Shown here one piece after another: positions 18,347 through 31,561 of a DNA stretch of 64,000 nucleotides. The notes beneath the pieces were generated by a model. That model had not been told where the DNA came from. It ran no database searches and saw nothing but the letters and a program-made list of their open reading frames with translations. How positions within the stretch are numbered: the first letter of the stretch is position 1; each line of letters opens with the position of its first letter. Source of the stretch: a virus (taxonomy: Duplodnaviria; Caudoviricetes); IMG/VR virus record IMGVR_UViG_3300032038_000052, positions 1-64,000 of that record; one strand, written 5' to 3'. Made by a program: the position numbers and the translations under genes.

Positions 18347-18372
18347 TTTAATGATTAAAAGGAGGTGCTACG

Positions 18373-19569
18373 GTGGCCGTAGTAAAACAAGAAAAAAAAG
18401 TCCCCATAGCACAAGTTCGGGCAGAAAATGAAAAGATGAAAAAGTTACTCGAGGATGGAGTAAGATGCATTGTCTGTGGGGTAATGAAAGACAAAAGCAA
18501 ATTTTATGTGAATACGAACCCTCGTTGTAAATGTGAAGTTGGGTGTGTTTGTAAAGAATGTGCTAGGAAAGTGGCTTTACAAGTTGATGATGACGGAATC
18601 GAGCATGGCGTTACTAAAGAGTCTTGCATAGAGGCACTTAAACTTTTAAATAAACCGTTTGTTAATTCCGTATGGGATTCAAGTGTATAGGAATCTGATA
18701 ACCTTGTTGCTGGGAAAACAAAGTCAAATCCTTGGGTCGCCTATATTAAAAATATCGCAATGGTCCAATGGGTTGGCATGGACTTCTTCGATTCTGATAT
18801 GTTCAAGAAAGGTGTTGTTGGTGGTGGACAATATGTTGTTAAAGAGCCTACTACTGCTGAGGATTTGTCTGAAGATGTAAGAACTACTTATGAAATTAAT
18901 AAGAAGACTACTCTTCGTTTTCTTGGCTATGATCCATTTGAAAATGAACCGCTTGAAGAACAGCCAATCTTATATGCTAAATTGGTAAGTTACTTTGATG
19001 ATTCTGTAAGGGATGACGGCTTAAAGCTTGAAGCCGTTATAGAGATTGTTCAAAGTTTCAAAGATATAAAAACAATTAATGATGCTATCTCAAAATATAA
19101 GAAACAGCTTGGGGAAAATCCGGCTGTCATTGCGACAATTAAGTCTCTTGCTGATACTAAGCAAAAGATGATTAATTCTGCACTAGCTCTTGCAAAAGAC
19201 AATGGAATATCAGTCAACCATAATAACAGTAAGAGTAAGGGGGCTGGAACTCTCAGTGGTATTATTAAAGAGATGTCTGAGATGAATCTTGATGACATAG
19301 AAATTAATACATTTGATTATGAAACAAATGCTGCCATATCTCAGATTATGGAGGCAAATTTTAAAAATCAGATGGAACAGCTTAACCCAGACGAAAATGA
19401 TTGGGAACGAGAGGTGCAGCATCAAGCAAAATTGCTACATAAATTATAGAAAGAAAGGGACGACGCTGTCGAATATTGTAGGCTACTCAAAAAAGAAAAC
19501 AAAGACTTAAAGGATTTTCTTATTGAGAAAAAAATAATCGATGAAGCGTTAAATGTGATAGATGAGTGA
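18373..19569 (+). CDS. Zn-finger-containing packaging protein, probable terminase small subunit (TAG=Gln)
   Basis: Fragments 18373-18690 and 18760-19449 are in one frame, joined by TAG; immediately upstream of TerL. Confidence 0.65.
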
Positions 19570-21481
19570 AGAAATTGTTTTGTTGGGTGATAAAATAAAA
19601 GAATTTAACCCTAAGAATTTCACGTATTTTGTGAAGCCTACTTACTATGATATGTCTAATCTTAGGCTTGAAGGATTAAAGAAGACTGCTCAGATAGTTT
19701 AGTGGGGACGCAGAAACCCAGTAAAGTTTTGTGAGCGGTTTATGGGAATTGAATTCCTTGATTATTAGAAATATGTTTTTATGGAGAGCTGGATAACTCC
19801 GTATGTCGTTTGGTGTATGAGTAGATCTAGCGGTAAAACAACACTCGGCAGTCCTTTCTTAATGGCAAAGACTCTTCTACTTCCATACTTTGAGGGTTAT
19901 ATACTTTCTGGTACTGGCGCACAAAGTATTGGAATGATGAAAAAGATTGAGGCAATAACCAAGAAAGAGATTGCTAGTTTTACTGGACTTACCGATGTAT
20001 TTATGAATGAACTTGTAAAGAGTCAAGCGAATTCAAATGGTTTTTCTCATAACCCAAATTCGTGGAGTTATAAATTGTATTCTGGTTCAACTATAGCTAC
20101 GGTCAATTCAAACTTTGATGCTAGTCGTGGTAAACGCTCACGATTAAATTTCTATGATGAGGCATCTTATGTTCTTGAAGATATGTATACTGCTACCCTT
20201 CCATTCGTAACATAGAATTCAGACTTCGCACTTGGTGGAAATATTGATGTATCATTATTGCCGCCAAACTTCCCAAACCAAGTTATTTTTGCATCGTCTG
20301 CCGGATCTGTAGATGATTATTTTTACAGAATGTATAAAGAATATTCTTTGCATAGTATGGCTGGGGACAAGAGATATGCTTGTTTTGATATAGACTGTGA
20401 TTTAGTTATGAATGCTACATACAATGGAAAAGTATATCCTGTTCCGCTTCTTACGCAAGAGAAGATAGATTCTGAAATGAAGATTAATCCTCTTAAGGCA
20501 AATAGGGAGTATAGGAACAAATTTGATATCGATGGCGGCGACTAGATTATCGTTAAGAAATCACAGATTTTGAGGAATAGCGTTGTCAGAGCACCAGAAC
20601 TTGTAAATGCAGATGGTGACAGCTTATATGTTTTAGCATGGGACTTAGCTGCTAAAAAAGATAATAGTATCTTAAGTGTTGGCAAACTACTCCATTCTGA
20701 TAAACGTGGTTGGTATATGGAAATTGTTAACTGTATTAATCTTCTTGACAAAGAGACTAGGAAACCACTAACTACTCCAGAACAGGTTAAGCGTGTATAG
20801 GAAGAGTTAATAAATTACAACGGCGTTGGAGTACCAGATTATGCGAATATCAAATATCTAATGATGGATGCTGGATCTGGTGGTGGTGCTACTTAGGTAT
20901 TAGCTTATTTGTTTGATGATTTTTATGAAGAGCATCATAAAGGGGAAGAAGATTTTCATCACAAAGGATTGATGGATGAAACATATGAATTCTGCCAACC
21001 TTACATTAAGAGATATCCAGATAATATAGATTTAATAAGAATGATTGAACCAACAAAGTATAAAGTACAAATGTATACTGAATTGATAGAATTGATTGAG
21101 CAGGATTTAATATCATTTACTGCTGATTATGATTATCATGGTAATCTTACATTTCTCACAGAAGAAGATGGCGAGGAAAAGGAAGAGGTATACAAACTTA
21201 GTCTTGAGGAAGAGTAGGCATTAAAACAGATTGATGCTATGAAAGAGGAAGTGACTCATATGTATAGATATAAATCGTCGAACGGTAATATACGTTATGA
21301 TCTTGCTCCTGGTTTTTCAAATATAATTGGTGATGATAGAAGCTATACGCTTTGTCTTTTGGCTCATTGTTTAGCGATGATGAGATAGGAAGATTAGATT
21401 CGTCAAAGAAAAAAACCTAATAGTGATGATTTGGTTAATCGCTTATCAATCCGTCCAGCAAGACGATTTAGTTCATTTTAA
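19562..21481 (+). CDS. terL: terminase large subunit (639 aa, TAG=Gln)
   Basis: LDY(TAG=Q)K adenine-binding motif, SRSSGKT Walker A, FYDEA Walker B, AWDLA nuclease motif; about nine in-frame TAGs. Confidence 0.92.
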
Positions 21482-21495
21482 GGAGGTGTTTGCTG

Positions 21496-23004
21496 ATGGC
21501 AAATTCAACTGAGGTGTCTAAAGCGGCACCAGAAAAGATGAGTAAAGCAGAGTTTGTGAAACAATATTCGGATGAATATTTGAAACAACGTTTTGCTGAT
21601 TCACAAGATGCCTTTAAGAAGTTAAGAGATTTTACTAAAAATTCCACCCGAAATGTTGGTGTTTTTGATAAAGAAACTCTTCGTGGATATTTTCAAAATA
21701 TAGTTAGTAACGAAGCGAGACTAAGGAATTTATCTTGGTATTTATTCTATAGGTCGCAAGTATATGCTAGGCTTGTGCTGTTTTTCAGCAATATGTTTGT
21801 TCTTTATTGCAGATCAGTGATACCGAATCATGATTTGACAAAGACAAATAATCCAACAAAGACATTAAAGTCTTTCTAGGAAACTGTTGATGAACTTGAT
21901 AAGATGCGACTGCAACAGGAATTTTATCCAATATTTGTAACAAATTTTATATAGGATGTTAGTTATAATGTTTGGTTTGAGGATGATGATGGTGTTTTTG
22001 TTCTGCCATGGCCAGCGGATTCTGCGAGGATTATTGGTAAATATATGACTGGAGAATTTGCATATGCTGTTGATGCAACATACTTGCGTAGTCATCAAGA
22101 ACTGATTGAATATTTTCCAGAGCCATTTCAGCAGATATATAATGATTATCAATCTACTAGCGAGAAGTGGCAACCAATGCCTGAACAGTATTCTCTATGT
22201 ACAAAGTACAGATCAGAGGATACTGAGACAGCTCTTGGGCCACTCATGCCGATGGCTAATTCACTTATTAATTTGTTAGACCTTGAGGATATTCAAGCAG
22301 TAGCGGCGGAGCAGGAAATATATAAATTAATTTGGTATGAGTTGGAAACACTTGATGGCACTGATACTCCAGATGATTGGAAAGTAGATGTGGATTTGGC
22401 TGTTAACTATTTTAACAAAATGGTTGACGAAGCAATACCGCCGAATATGTCTGCTGCAATTGTCCCAGGTAAGTTGAATGAAATATCGTTCCCAGACAGT
22501 ACTGCTTCTGATACTACCAAAGTTATGAAAGCGACAGAAACAGTTCTTAATACGGCTGGTGGTGCTGAAGTACTTAATGGAAGTACTATAAATAACACAT
22601 ATGCATTCAAGCTTGCGACACAAGTAAATACTGAATATGCTATTTCCTCTCTTCTCCCACAGGTGCAGAGTTGGGTTAATCATAGATTGCAATTAGTACT
22701 AAGCGATCCTTGCAAAGTAAAATTCTTCCCAGTTAGTGTTTATACACTTCCAGATTATAAAGAACAATTACTGACTGCTGCGCAAAATGGTTTCCCAACT
22801 ATCTTTGCTTATGGTGCTTGCAATGGGTATTCAGAGAAAGATGTTATAGCACTAAATAATCTTGAAGTAGATATTCTTAGTTTGGCAGATAAATTCAGAC
22901 CGTTGAGCACATCTTATACGCAGTCGAATGTTGGTAGACCAACAACTCCAGACGATGAGTTATCAGAATCTGGTGATAGAAGCAGAGATACTGCGGCAGA
23001 ATGA
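21496..23004 (+). CDS. probable portal protein (502 aa, TAG=Gln)
   Basis: Position after TerL, size, C-terminal VGRPT motif; fragments joined by TAG. Confidence 0.75.
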
Positions 23005-23021
23005 TTAAAGGGATGGTATAA

Positions 23022-23201
23022 ATGAAAAATAAATTTATTAAGACAAATGATGAAAATACTGCAAAGTTGCTCCGAGATTCTGGGCTTGTTGAGCTTGCAA
23101 AAGAGGGCGATAAGTGGGTATTTGTTAATGAAAAAGATAAACTAAAATTTAGTACTGATGATTTGGAAGGATGTCATGTTTCAGACATCCTTCGTTTCTA
23201 A
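23022..23201 (+). CDS. small hypothetical protein (59 aa)
   Basis: ATG...TAA between portal and protease. Confidence 0.6.
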   Translation: MKNKFIKTNDENTAKLLRDSGLVELAKEGDKWVFVNEKDKLKFSTDDLEGCHVSDILRF

Positions 23202-23243
23202 TAATCTCCTCTCGGAGAAAATCTTGAGAAAGGAGTGAGTGTT

Positions 23244-24920
23244 TTGCATAGGAAACTGCTAACATTTGAAGACCTTGTGAAATTCTGCGATGAACATGAT
23301 TTTACAAGGTTTAGTTCAAAAGAATCTGGATATCAGATTTGTGTGCAAATTCCAGCCTAGTTTAGTTAGGAAAAGTCCGATGACCCAACTATGTTATATG
23401 CAAATGTATTAGCTTTTCATACTGGCATTAATAGAAACCGATCCAACTTGACAGAAGATGCGGCTAAGAAAGCAATTAAGAACTTAGCATACAAGCCAGT
23501 GCTGGCGAACTTCTGTGAAATTGATGGTGTAAAAGATTTTACTAGCCATGATTTTGATGTAGATGAAAATGGCGAATATGTTTATTTTGAAAAGTAGATT
23601 GGGTGCTTTACAGCTGATAGTGCTTATATGGAGCAAGACCCAGATCACGATGATAGAATGAATGTTTATGCAAAAGTTGCAATACCTCGTGAGTATACTG
23701 ATGCCGCTGAAATCATTGAGCGTAAAAATGGTACTCGTGTTAGTGTTGAACTTGCTGTCAATGAGCTTTCTTATTCCGCTAAAGACAAAGTGCTTATGCT
23801 GGAAGATGTCGATGTAATGGGACTTACATGCCTTGGCGTTGACCCAGATACTGGCGAAGAAGTCATGGAAGGTATGGAAGGTGCACATATTCAGATTGAG
23901 GATTTTAGCGTTGAGAATAATTCTCTTACTTTCAACGCTGAAATGATTAATTCGATTGCTGATGCCGTTGCAGAACGGCTTAGTAATAAAGCGGCAGATA
24001 CCGCACAACTATTAGAGGAAGGAGGAAAAAATCAAGTGAAATTTGATGAGTTATTAGAGAAATACGGCAAAACCGTAGAAGATATTGATTTCGATTATGA
24101 AGGACTAACGGATGAAGAACTTGAAGAGGCATTTGCAAAAGCATTTGGCGAGGAAGAACCTTCTGCCTCTGAACCCGAAGAGAATCCAGAAGAAGATGAG
24201 CCTGTGAAAGAGTTTGCTGATGACGATCCAGTAGAGCCAGAAGAGCCTAGTGAACCTGAAGAGCCTGAGGCAGTAATTGATGATGATACTCTGCCAAGCA
24301 AAAAGATTACTCATTCTGTAACATATGGTGAAATTACAAAGGATTTCTCTGTTAGTCTTCAAGACAAAATTTACGCTTTGAGTACGTTGGTTAATGACAC
24401 ATATTCTGAAACGGATAATGCCTGGTATGATGTTACTGTGTATGATGATGAGAAATATGTTGTTATGAAAGACTGGTGGAATGACAAGGCATACAAGCAG
24501 TCCTATAAAGTCAAGAAAGATGTTTATTCACTTGTTGGAGATAGAGTTGCAGTATATGCACAGTATCTCACAGAAGATGAGATAAAGAAACTTGATGATA
24601 TGAGGGCTAACTACTCTTCTATGTCTGACAAACTTGCTCAGTATGAGGCGGAGCCAGAAAAGATGCAGATTCTGAATTCTGATGAATATTCTCAGATTGC
24701 AGAGACTGAAGAATTTTCGGAGCTTAAGACTGTCGAAAAGCATTTTGATATGTCTGTAGAAGAAGTTAGAAAGGCTGCTGATGATTTACTTCTTGCGTTT
24801 GCAAAGAATAACAAGCTTGAGTTCAACTCACAGCAAGAAAAGAAACCTGTTGGCGTAAAACTGTTTGGTCAAAAGAAATCAAATAAGACTGGACGGTATG
24901 GAAGTTTATTCAAAAAGTAA
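23244..24920 (+). CDS. prohead protease/scaffold (558 aa, TAG=Gln)
   Basis: HTGINRN.S motif, SVE motif, acidic scaffold C-terminus; TTG start after AAGGAGTG; TAGs only in the N-terminal part. Confidence 0.75.
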
Positions 24921-24952
24921 AATAAATATTAAATAAGAAAGGAGATATTGTT

Positions 24953-25432
24953 ATGGCTTATGGAAAACCCAATATGACTAAGCATGCTGTTGCTTTCCCG
25001 TCCAAGGTTCTGGCTGGAAGCATGGGTGCTCATATTTATAACATCACGCTCACCACAGCTGCTGATAACGGTAACGTAATCGGTCGTGGCGATTGGAATT
25101 CTTTTGATAATTATGCTGAGGCGGCAGCTCCAAGTGGAATCACTGGTAAGATTGTCGATCAAGCAGCTAATGGCAACTGGTATGTAGAGATTACTGCTGT
25201 TCCAGCTGCTAAAGAGGCACTGGTTGTTTACAACTCCCCGATAATCCCTTATGAATCTCCGAGAGAACTCGCTGATCTCTCCAATTTCTTCAATGATGCA
25301 GATGAGGTTGTAAAGGCTTATGTTTGCACGGTTGGCGATATTTGGGAAGTATCCGAAGAAGGATTCTCTGGAACTCCAGCAAAGGGTAAAGCACTGACTG
25401 TTGCTTCTAAGAAGTGGGCTGTCGGAGCTTAA
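24953..25432 (+). CDS. head decoration/minor capsid protein
   Basis: Position between scaffold and MCP; strongly biased codons. Confidence 0.65.
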   Translation: MAYGKPNMTKHAVAFPSKVLAGSMGAHIYNITLTTAADNGNVIGRGDWNSFDNYAEAAAPSGITGKIVDQAANGNWYVEITAVPAAKEALVVYNSPIIPYESPRELADLSNFFNDADEVVKAYVCTVGDIWEVSEEGFSGTPAKGKALTVASKKWAVGA

Positions 25433-25463
25433 TTAAAATATTAAAGGAAGGAGGTAATAGAAT

Positions 25464-26594
25464 ATGAAGAAACTTAATTTTTCTGCTCATGTAATGAATG
25501 TATTCTCCGAGATGGAGACTAATTATGATGAAGTAAAGAATCTTATGTTCGATCTTGCTATGGGCAATGAGATTTATGATGAAGAGTCTGGCCGTGTTGT
25601 TCCAAAGGCTGAAGCTGAAGCAAAACTGCGTAGCATTTGCCAGAAGGTATTTGGCGTAAATGAAAACTCTTCCAAGAGAGAACTTAAACGTGCTTACAGA
25701 GAGCATGGTCGTGAGTTCTTTGATATCATTGAGGAAGTTATTGATGTTGTAATCAGCAATGGCTTCAAGGATAATGAATTCTTCAACAACTTTGTTGATT
25801 ATAGAAATATTGCACTTGGCGATGCTTATGAGTTCTATATGGAGAAAGATGTCATTCTTTCCATCGCTAAAGTTGGTGTAAGTCATCATGACTATATCCT
25901 TCAGAGACTTGGCAAGGGCGAGACTCTTACCATTCCTTATCAGAGATATGGTGCTGCAGTTGGTGCAGATATTAACATGTATATGATTGGTAGAGAAGAC
26001 TGGACAAAGCTTACCAATGCTATTGCAAAGGCATTTACTGTCCAGATTCAGCAAGAAATCTATGCAGAACTTCTGAATGCTGCAAATAAGATTCCGGCTG
26101 CAGTTAGAACTGGTTTTGTTGGAACTGGTGCACTTTCTGCTACCACAAAGGATGCTTTTGATGCAATCCTTGAGAATGTACAGACTGCAAATGAGTCTGC
26201 AATTGTAATTCTTGGTACTAAGACTGCTCTTAAGAAGCTGAATGCACTTTCCGATGTTAATTGGAGAGCACAGTCCCTTAAGGAAGATGTTTCTCATTCT
26301 GGAAGAATGGGTGACTATGAAGGTACTGTTCTGATGGAGATCCCGCAGAGATTTACTAGCCAGACAGATCTTACTCCGCTTATTGATAACACCAAGCTTT
26401 GGATTCTCCCGGCTGATTAGACTGATAAGTTTATCAAGATGGTCGATGTAGGCGAAACCGAAATTGATGAAATCACCGAGAAGGGCGAAGAGCATGGTCG
26501 CTGGGATGACATCATGAAGTATGAAGTACAGCGTTCCTATGGTATTGCTACACAGCTTGGACGCTATTTTGGTCAGTGGACTCTTACTGCATGA
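25464..26594 (+). CDS. major capsid protein (376 aa; one TAG=Gln at 26418)
   Basis: Reading frame continues past the TAG to TGA at 26592 with the same codon bias; SPbeta-like position. Confidence 0.82.
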
Positions 26595-26628
26595 TGACTA
26601 CTGATTTATGATTAAAAGGAGATAACAA

Positions 26629-27195
26629 ATGGCAGCTACTAGAAAAAGAACTACAACTGCTACTGAACAAGTAGTAGAAAAGCCAGAAGTAAAAGTTACG
26701 GCACAAAAGGAAAAGCCTGTCGTAAAAGAGAAAAAGAAATTCTCTGATTCAGATGGTATTGTTTGCCGTTCTATTATTCAAGGCGGACTTTATATGGAAG
26801 GGGCCAAAACTCATATGCTTTATGAATGGGTCGAATATGGAGACAAAACACAGGTTGAGTACGCTGATCTTGCGGCTGCTGTGAGAACGAGGTCTTCCTA
26901 TTTATTCGGGCCAATGCTTATTATTGAAGACGAGGACTTTATTGAGGAATTCCCCCAACTAAAGAAGTTCTATACTGAGAACTATACAGTAAGTGATCTT
27001 GAAATGGTCCTTGCGTATCCGTTAGAAAGAATGCTTGAAGAAATTTCGGCACTTCCCAAAAGTGCCGTAGAATCTTTAAAAGTTCTTGCGGCATCTTCGA
27101 TTAATGAAGGTACACTTGATAGTGTTAAAAAGATTAAAGCACTTGATGAGATTTTTGGAACGAACTTAAGTTTATTAGCTGAGTTCAAAAATTAA
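26629..27195 (+). CDS. hypothetical virion-module protein (188 aa)
   Basis: RBS AAAGGAG, TAA stop. Confidence 0.75.
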   Translation: MAATRKRTTTATEQVVEKPEVKVTAQKEKPVVKEKKKFSDSDGIVCRSIIQGGLYMEGAKTHMLYEWVEYGDKTQVEYADLAAAVRTRSSYLFGPMLIIEDEDFIEEFPQLKKFYTENYTVSDLEMVLAYPLERMLEEISALPKSAVESLKVLAASSINEGTLDSVKKIKALDEIFGTNLSLLAEFKN

Positions 27196-27215
27196 TTTAA
27201 CGGAGGTGGTATTAT

Positions 27216-27674
27216 ATGACCTCTGAATTTGAAGATATCTATTCACGGTTTTTTCTCCGTGTTGAAGATTACAATATTGTGGGCTTAGATACAAATCTAG
27301 TTAATGAAATGATGAATGGATGGATGAAGTCTGTGTTATCACAGCCGTATATTAGACGGCTGTTTGATACATTGACATTCGATGAAGATATTGAACAGAT
27401 TGAATATACAATGAAATACCCTATCTCCGAAGATGAGGACAAGGATTTTGTAGAGGAATTGATTGCTCTTGGCATGGTAGCCGAATGGGTTTCCCCAAAG
27501 TATCATTCTACTCTTCTAACTTCTTAGTTTTATTCTAATAGCGAATAGAAATACTATTCTTAGGCTAATCATATGACCGAATTAAAGGATATGTACCATA
27601 GGGCTAAGAATGATGTTCGCAAATTAATTAGAGACAGAGGGTATATAAATAACGTATATATAGGTGAGTCATGA
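27216..27674 (+). CDS. head-tail adaptor-like protein (TAG=Gln)
   Basis: Extends through three TAGs giving ...KYYSQANH...; stop overlaps the next ATG. Confidence 0.65.
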
Positions 27675-28003
27675 ATACTAAATATGGCTCATACTCTTCT
27701 GAGTAGATTAATTCTGTAAAATACAAGATTCGAAAATCCATCTATTTTTTACTTCTTTATGTTGACCCACAAACTAGGGATGATTATCCCAATGTAAATG
27801 TTGCAGATGCGTTTCGCAGTTTGTAGCGTAAGCTCAATGGATTAAATAGTATTTTGCTTGAACCACCAGAATTGGTTCAAACCATGAGTCTTCTTGAAGC
27901 GGCATTGGCTGAGTTTTAGAGTGATTCTTTCAATTACCATACTTATAGGAAGCTGATATTGGATGCTGGGTCTGAGATTATGCGTGTAAAGGAAGGTGAT
28001 TGA
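27671..28003 (+). CDS. hypothetical virion-module protein (TAG=Gln)
   Basis: 110-aa frame open only with TAG=Gln; ATGA overlap with the previous gene. Confidence 0.65.
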
Positions 28004-28004
28004 T

Positions 28005-29195
28005 ATGATTACCTTTGCTGATTTTCAAAAGATACATAAGACAGATATCCCAGGTCGTGCAAGGAAAATGCAATCTGATATGATCATGGATGCTACATTT
28101 AACCAAGATATACAATATTAGGTTGGATATTTTTTTGACTATTACCATACGACTCCAGAAAATCGGTTAAAGCTAGAAGGTTTTAATCCTAAAGATGATC
28201 CAAATCCTATTCCAATCGATGTGAAATTTATTGCGCATAGCAAAAAGACATATGAGAAGGATGAGGTAACAATGCATATTCAATTTCGTCCTGGACATGA
28301 ATGTGCAGTTGATTATTATGATGAAGTATTTGGCAAACGTTATAATGCTAGATACCCAATAGGTTTATATGTATGGTTATAGGGAGAAGATGGTATCTAT
28401 AGACGTTGGCTAGTGGTTGCTACTGCCGACAGGGATAAAAATCAATTCCCAACTTGGGAAGTATTGCGCTGTGATGAAATATATAGGTGGATAAAGAACG
28501 GGAAATATTATGAGTTTCCAGGTGTTAGCAGAAGCCAGAATTCATATAACTCTGGACTTTGGTTGGATTATAAATTTCAACAGCCAGAAGACCAGGTTAA
28601 GTTCTGCTTACCATTAAATCGTGATACGGAAATGCTTTATTATAATACCTACCTAGTGATTGATGCTCACGTACTTACTGAGCCAAGAGTTTGGCAAATC
28701 AGTAAGATAAATCGTTCGAATTCAAAAGGTGTTGTAGTGTTTACTTGCGCACAGGATCTTGCGAATTAGCATACTCTAAAAGCGGATTATGATGAAGATG
28801 GTAACGTGACCGCTTGGTGGGCGGATTGGAATGAAACCGAGGTCGCTCCAACTCCTGCTATTGTTGACAACAGCGAACACGATGAATTAGTCACAGCGAA
28901 AATAACATGTTCTGGGAAACCGCAATTTAAGGTTGGCGGTTCTTCAAAGACATTTACAATTTCGTATTATGACGATGATGTTATTATACAAGACCACGAG
29001 GTTGGCACTTGGTCATTTTCGATTGATGGCGAAAATGTCAATGATGAACTTTTGAGCATAATCAGTACAGATGATGCCAATAAGATTAAAGTTAAGTTCT
29101 TGGGTGATGACATGTATGTCGGCAAAATACTAACAGTTACAAACACATTTGAAGATGTCACTGCATCTATGCAAATTGAAATCATCGCATTATAA
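28005..29195 (+). CDS. head closure/neck protein with Ig-like C-terminus (TAG=Gln)
   Basis: Fragments 28413-28769 and 28806-29195 are in one frame from ATG 28005. Confidence 0.6.
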
Positions 29196-29206
29196 GGAGG
29201 GATAGC

Positions 29207-29776
29207 ATGGATTTGACGAATGAACAACTTCAAACTCTCCTTCAGTATAAAACTGTAATGGATGATGACAATGTGCGTTTTAAAGAAATTATTAAAAAAA
29301 GTTTGATAGATGATCCATTGATTATCTATTTGCTTAATAACAAGGAGTTGGAGAGCGTCGAGGCAGATCCTAGCGACTATCTCGGCGTTAACATACTCCC
29401 AGCTTTTTTAATTCATCCTACATAGCACAATGTCTAGAACTTTATTTGTTATGAGACATCATGGAAAGAAATGCCAAGATATAATGGGAATGCTACAAAG
29501 TTACAACAGATTATTTTTTATGTTTTGTGTGAAGAAAAGACAAACATAGAAAAACGTACTGGTATAGCACGCCATGATTTAATTGGTGCGAGGATTAAAG
29601 ATATATTTAATTGGACCAACAAATTTGGTACACAATGCCATGTTGTATCTGATGTCCCATCTGTAACAGATAATGATTACGCAACAAGAACTATAACGTT
29701 TGAATTGCTTAGTGTTAATGATATCGTCAAGACGAGAAATGGTTCTTCTTTGGTGGTGAATAAGATTGGCGGATAA
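29207..29776 (+). CDS. tail terminator/completion-like protein (TAG=Gln)
   Basis: Two fragments joined by TAGs; RHDLI motif; position before the tail tube. Confidence 0.55.
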
Positions 29777-30572
29777 ACAGAATCAGCCTAAATTTGACCG
29801 TCTAAAGATGTATTTCGGAGAACCATTTGAAGTTGGAAATGGTATGACAGTATTGATACCAACTGTTGGGGATATACTGAGATTAGATAATTCCGACATA
29901 ACATTTTATCAGACGTTATATATTTGGATTGCGAATCCTACAACTTATAGATTAATGCTATGGGACAATGGTATTGATTGGAATAAAATTTCTGATTATG
30001 AATTGTTTTTGATGTTATATAAAACCGAAAATCCAGATGTCAGCAAAATGATGTTTGGTAACGTGGACTTTCAGTAGTTTGGACTATTCCATAAAACTGT
30101 CTAGGAAAAGAATGAAGACGGAGAAATGGTTGATGTATAGAAAGTTACTTTATATAGTCCCGAATAGGATATAGAAATATCTGAGTAGGATTATACTCTT
30201 ATTTCTTAGTATTTAAAAGCTGCTTTCAATATATATCCAAAAGTAGAAAAGGCGAAGGGACGGATTACAAAAGAATCAATTATTGAAGAAGAGCGCATGA
30301 ACCTTATAGCTAAGGAGCGCAAAGGAGAAGATATACCTACATCTTCTCTTCTTCCATTGATATCTTCTTGTATTAACCATCCTGGATTTAAGTATAACCT
30401 TAATGAACTCCGTGAAGTTAATTTTGTTCAATTTATGGATAGCGTACAGAGACTACAAATCTATGAGTCTACTTCTGCTCTTTTGAAGGGAGCATATTCT
30501 GGTTTCTGTGATACATCAAAAATTGATAAGGATGAATTCAATTTTATGAGGGATATAGTTCCCGCAAAATAA
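29766..30572 (+). CDS. hypothetical tail-module protein (TAG=Gln)
   Basis: 29766-30077 and 30297-30572 are in frame, bridged only by TAGs. Confidence 0.65.
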
Positions 30573-30617
30573 CTATGTTTATAACAAATTAATATTATAG
30601 AAAAGGAGGATATGATT

Positions 30618-31412
30618 ATGGCCTTTAAGTTAGATGACCTTATTATTGACCGCATATAGGTGGCTACTGCTGAGGATTCTCATGGTAATGTTCTTTATAC
30701 TCTGACTCAGCTTTAGGAAGCAACTATCAATATCTCCGCAGAGTCTAACGATGTTACCGACAAAGACGGCAACCTTGTGAAGAGATTCTGGAGAGCAAAG
30801 ACTGGTGAGTTCACTGCAACTAACGCATTCATCAATCTGAACATCCTTGGTGAGGAAGCTGGTTCTGGTAAGATGGAAGCAAATGCAACTCGCAAGATCA
30901 CCGCTCCTGGTATCATTGTTGCAAAAGCTTCTAATGGAGCTACTGTTACCCTTGCTAATGTAACTGGCACTCCAAAGGTTTATGGCATGGAGACCAATGG
31001 CACTCTTGGCACTGAGTTCCAGACAGGTGGAACAGCTACTGCTACTACTTTTGTATATGATGACCAAACTGGCGTTGTAACTCTGCCTCTGAGCGGTGAT
31101 TATGTTCAGTATCTCATCCGTTATGACCGTGAGCTTACTTCTGGTGCGGTTGAGATGACCAACATGGCAGATAAGTTCCCTGGCACAATCCGTCTTGTGC
31201 TTAAGGTTCTGTGCGTAGACCCATGCGAAGCTGATACTTTACGTGCAGCATATATTGATATCCCGTCCTTCCAGGTTAGCCCTGAGAGTGAAGTTTCTCT
31301 GAGTTCTGATAATCAGACTATTGATTTCAGCGGATCTCTCCAGGTTGACTATTGTGATGCCGACAAGCGCCTTTACAGCATCTATGTTGTAGAAGATGAC
31401 GAGGAAGAGTAA
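30618..31412 (+). CDS. major tail (tube) protein (264 aa; two N-terminal TAG=Gln)
   Basis: Strong RBS AAAAGGAGG, highly biased codons, followed by a terminator. Confidence 0.75.
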
Positions 31413-31431
31413 TTGTAAATTTGACTTAATT

Positions 31432-31461
31432 AGAGTAGCTAGTGTAAAAGCTAGCTACTCT
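31432..31461 (+). terminator. intrinsic terminator
   Basis: AGAGTAGCTAG-loop-CTAGCTACTCT. Confidence 0.65.
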
Positions 31462-31561
31462 TCTATAATTTTTGCTCTATTTCAATCCCTCAGAATGAGG
31501 CAATATCATATGGGGCAAAGAATTAGACAATAAGGAATTGATATAGAGGAGGAATTATATT

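Noticed and set aside
25407-26495. 362-aa minus-strand ORF (and other antisense ORFs such as 7630-8292, 10610-11891, 50380-50940)
   Set aside because: Shadow ORFs antisense to strongly codon-biased genes; no RBS or motifs
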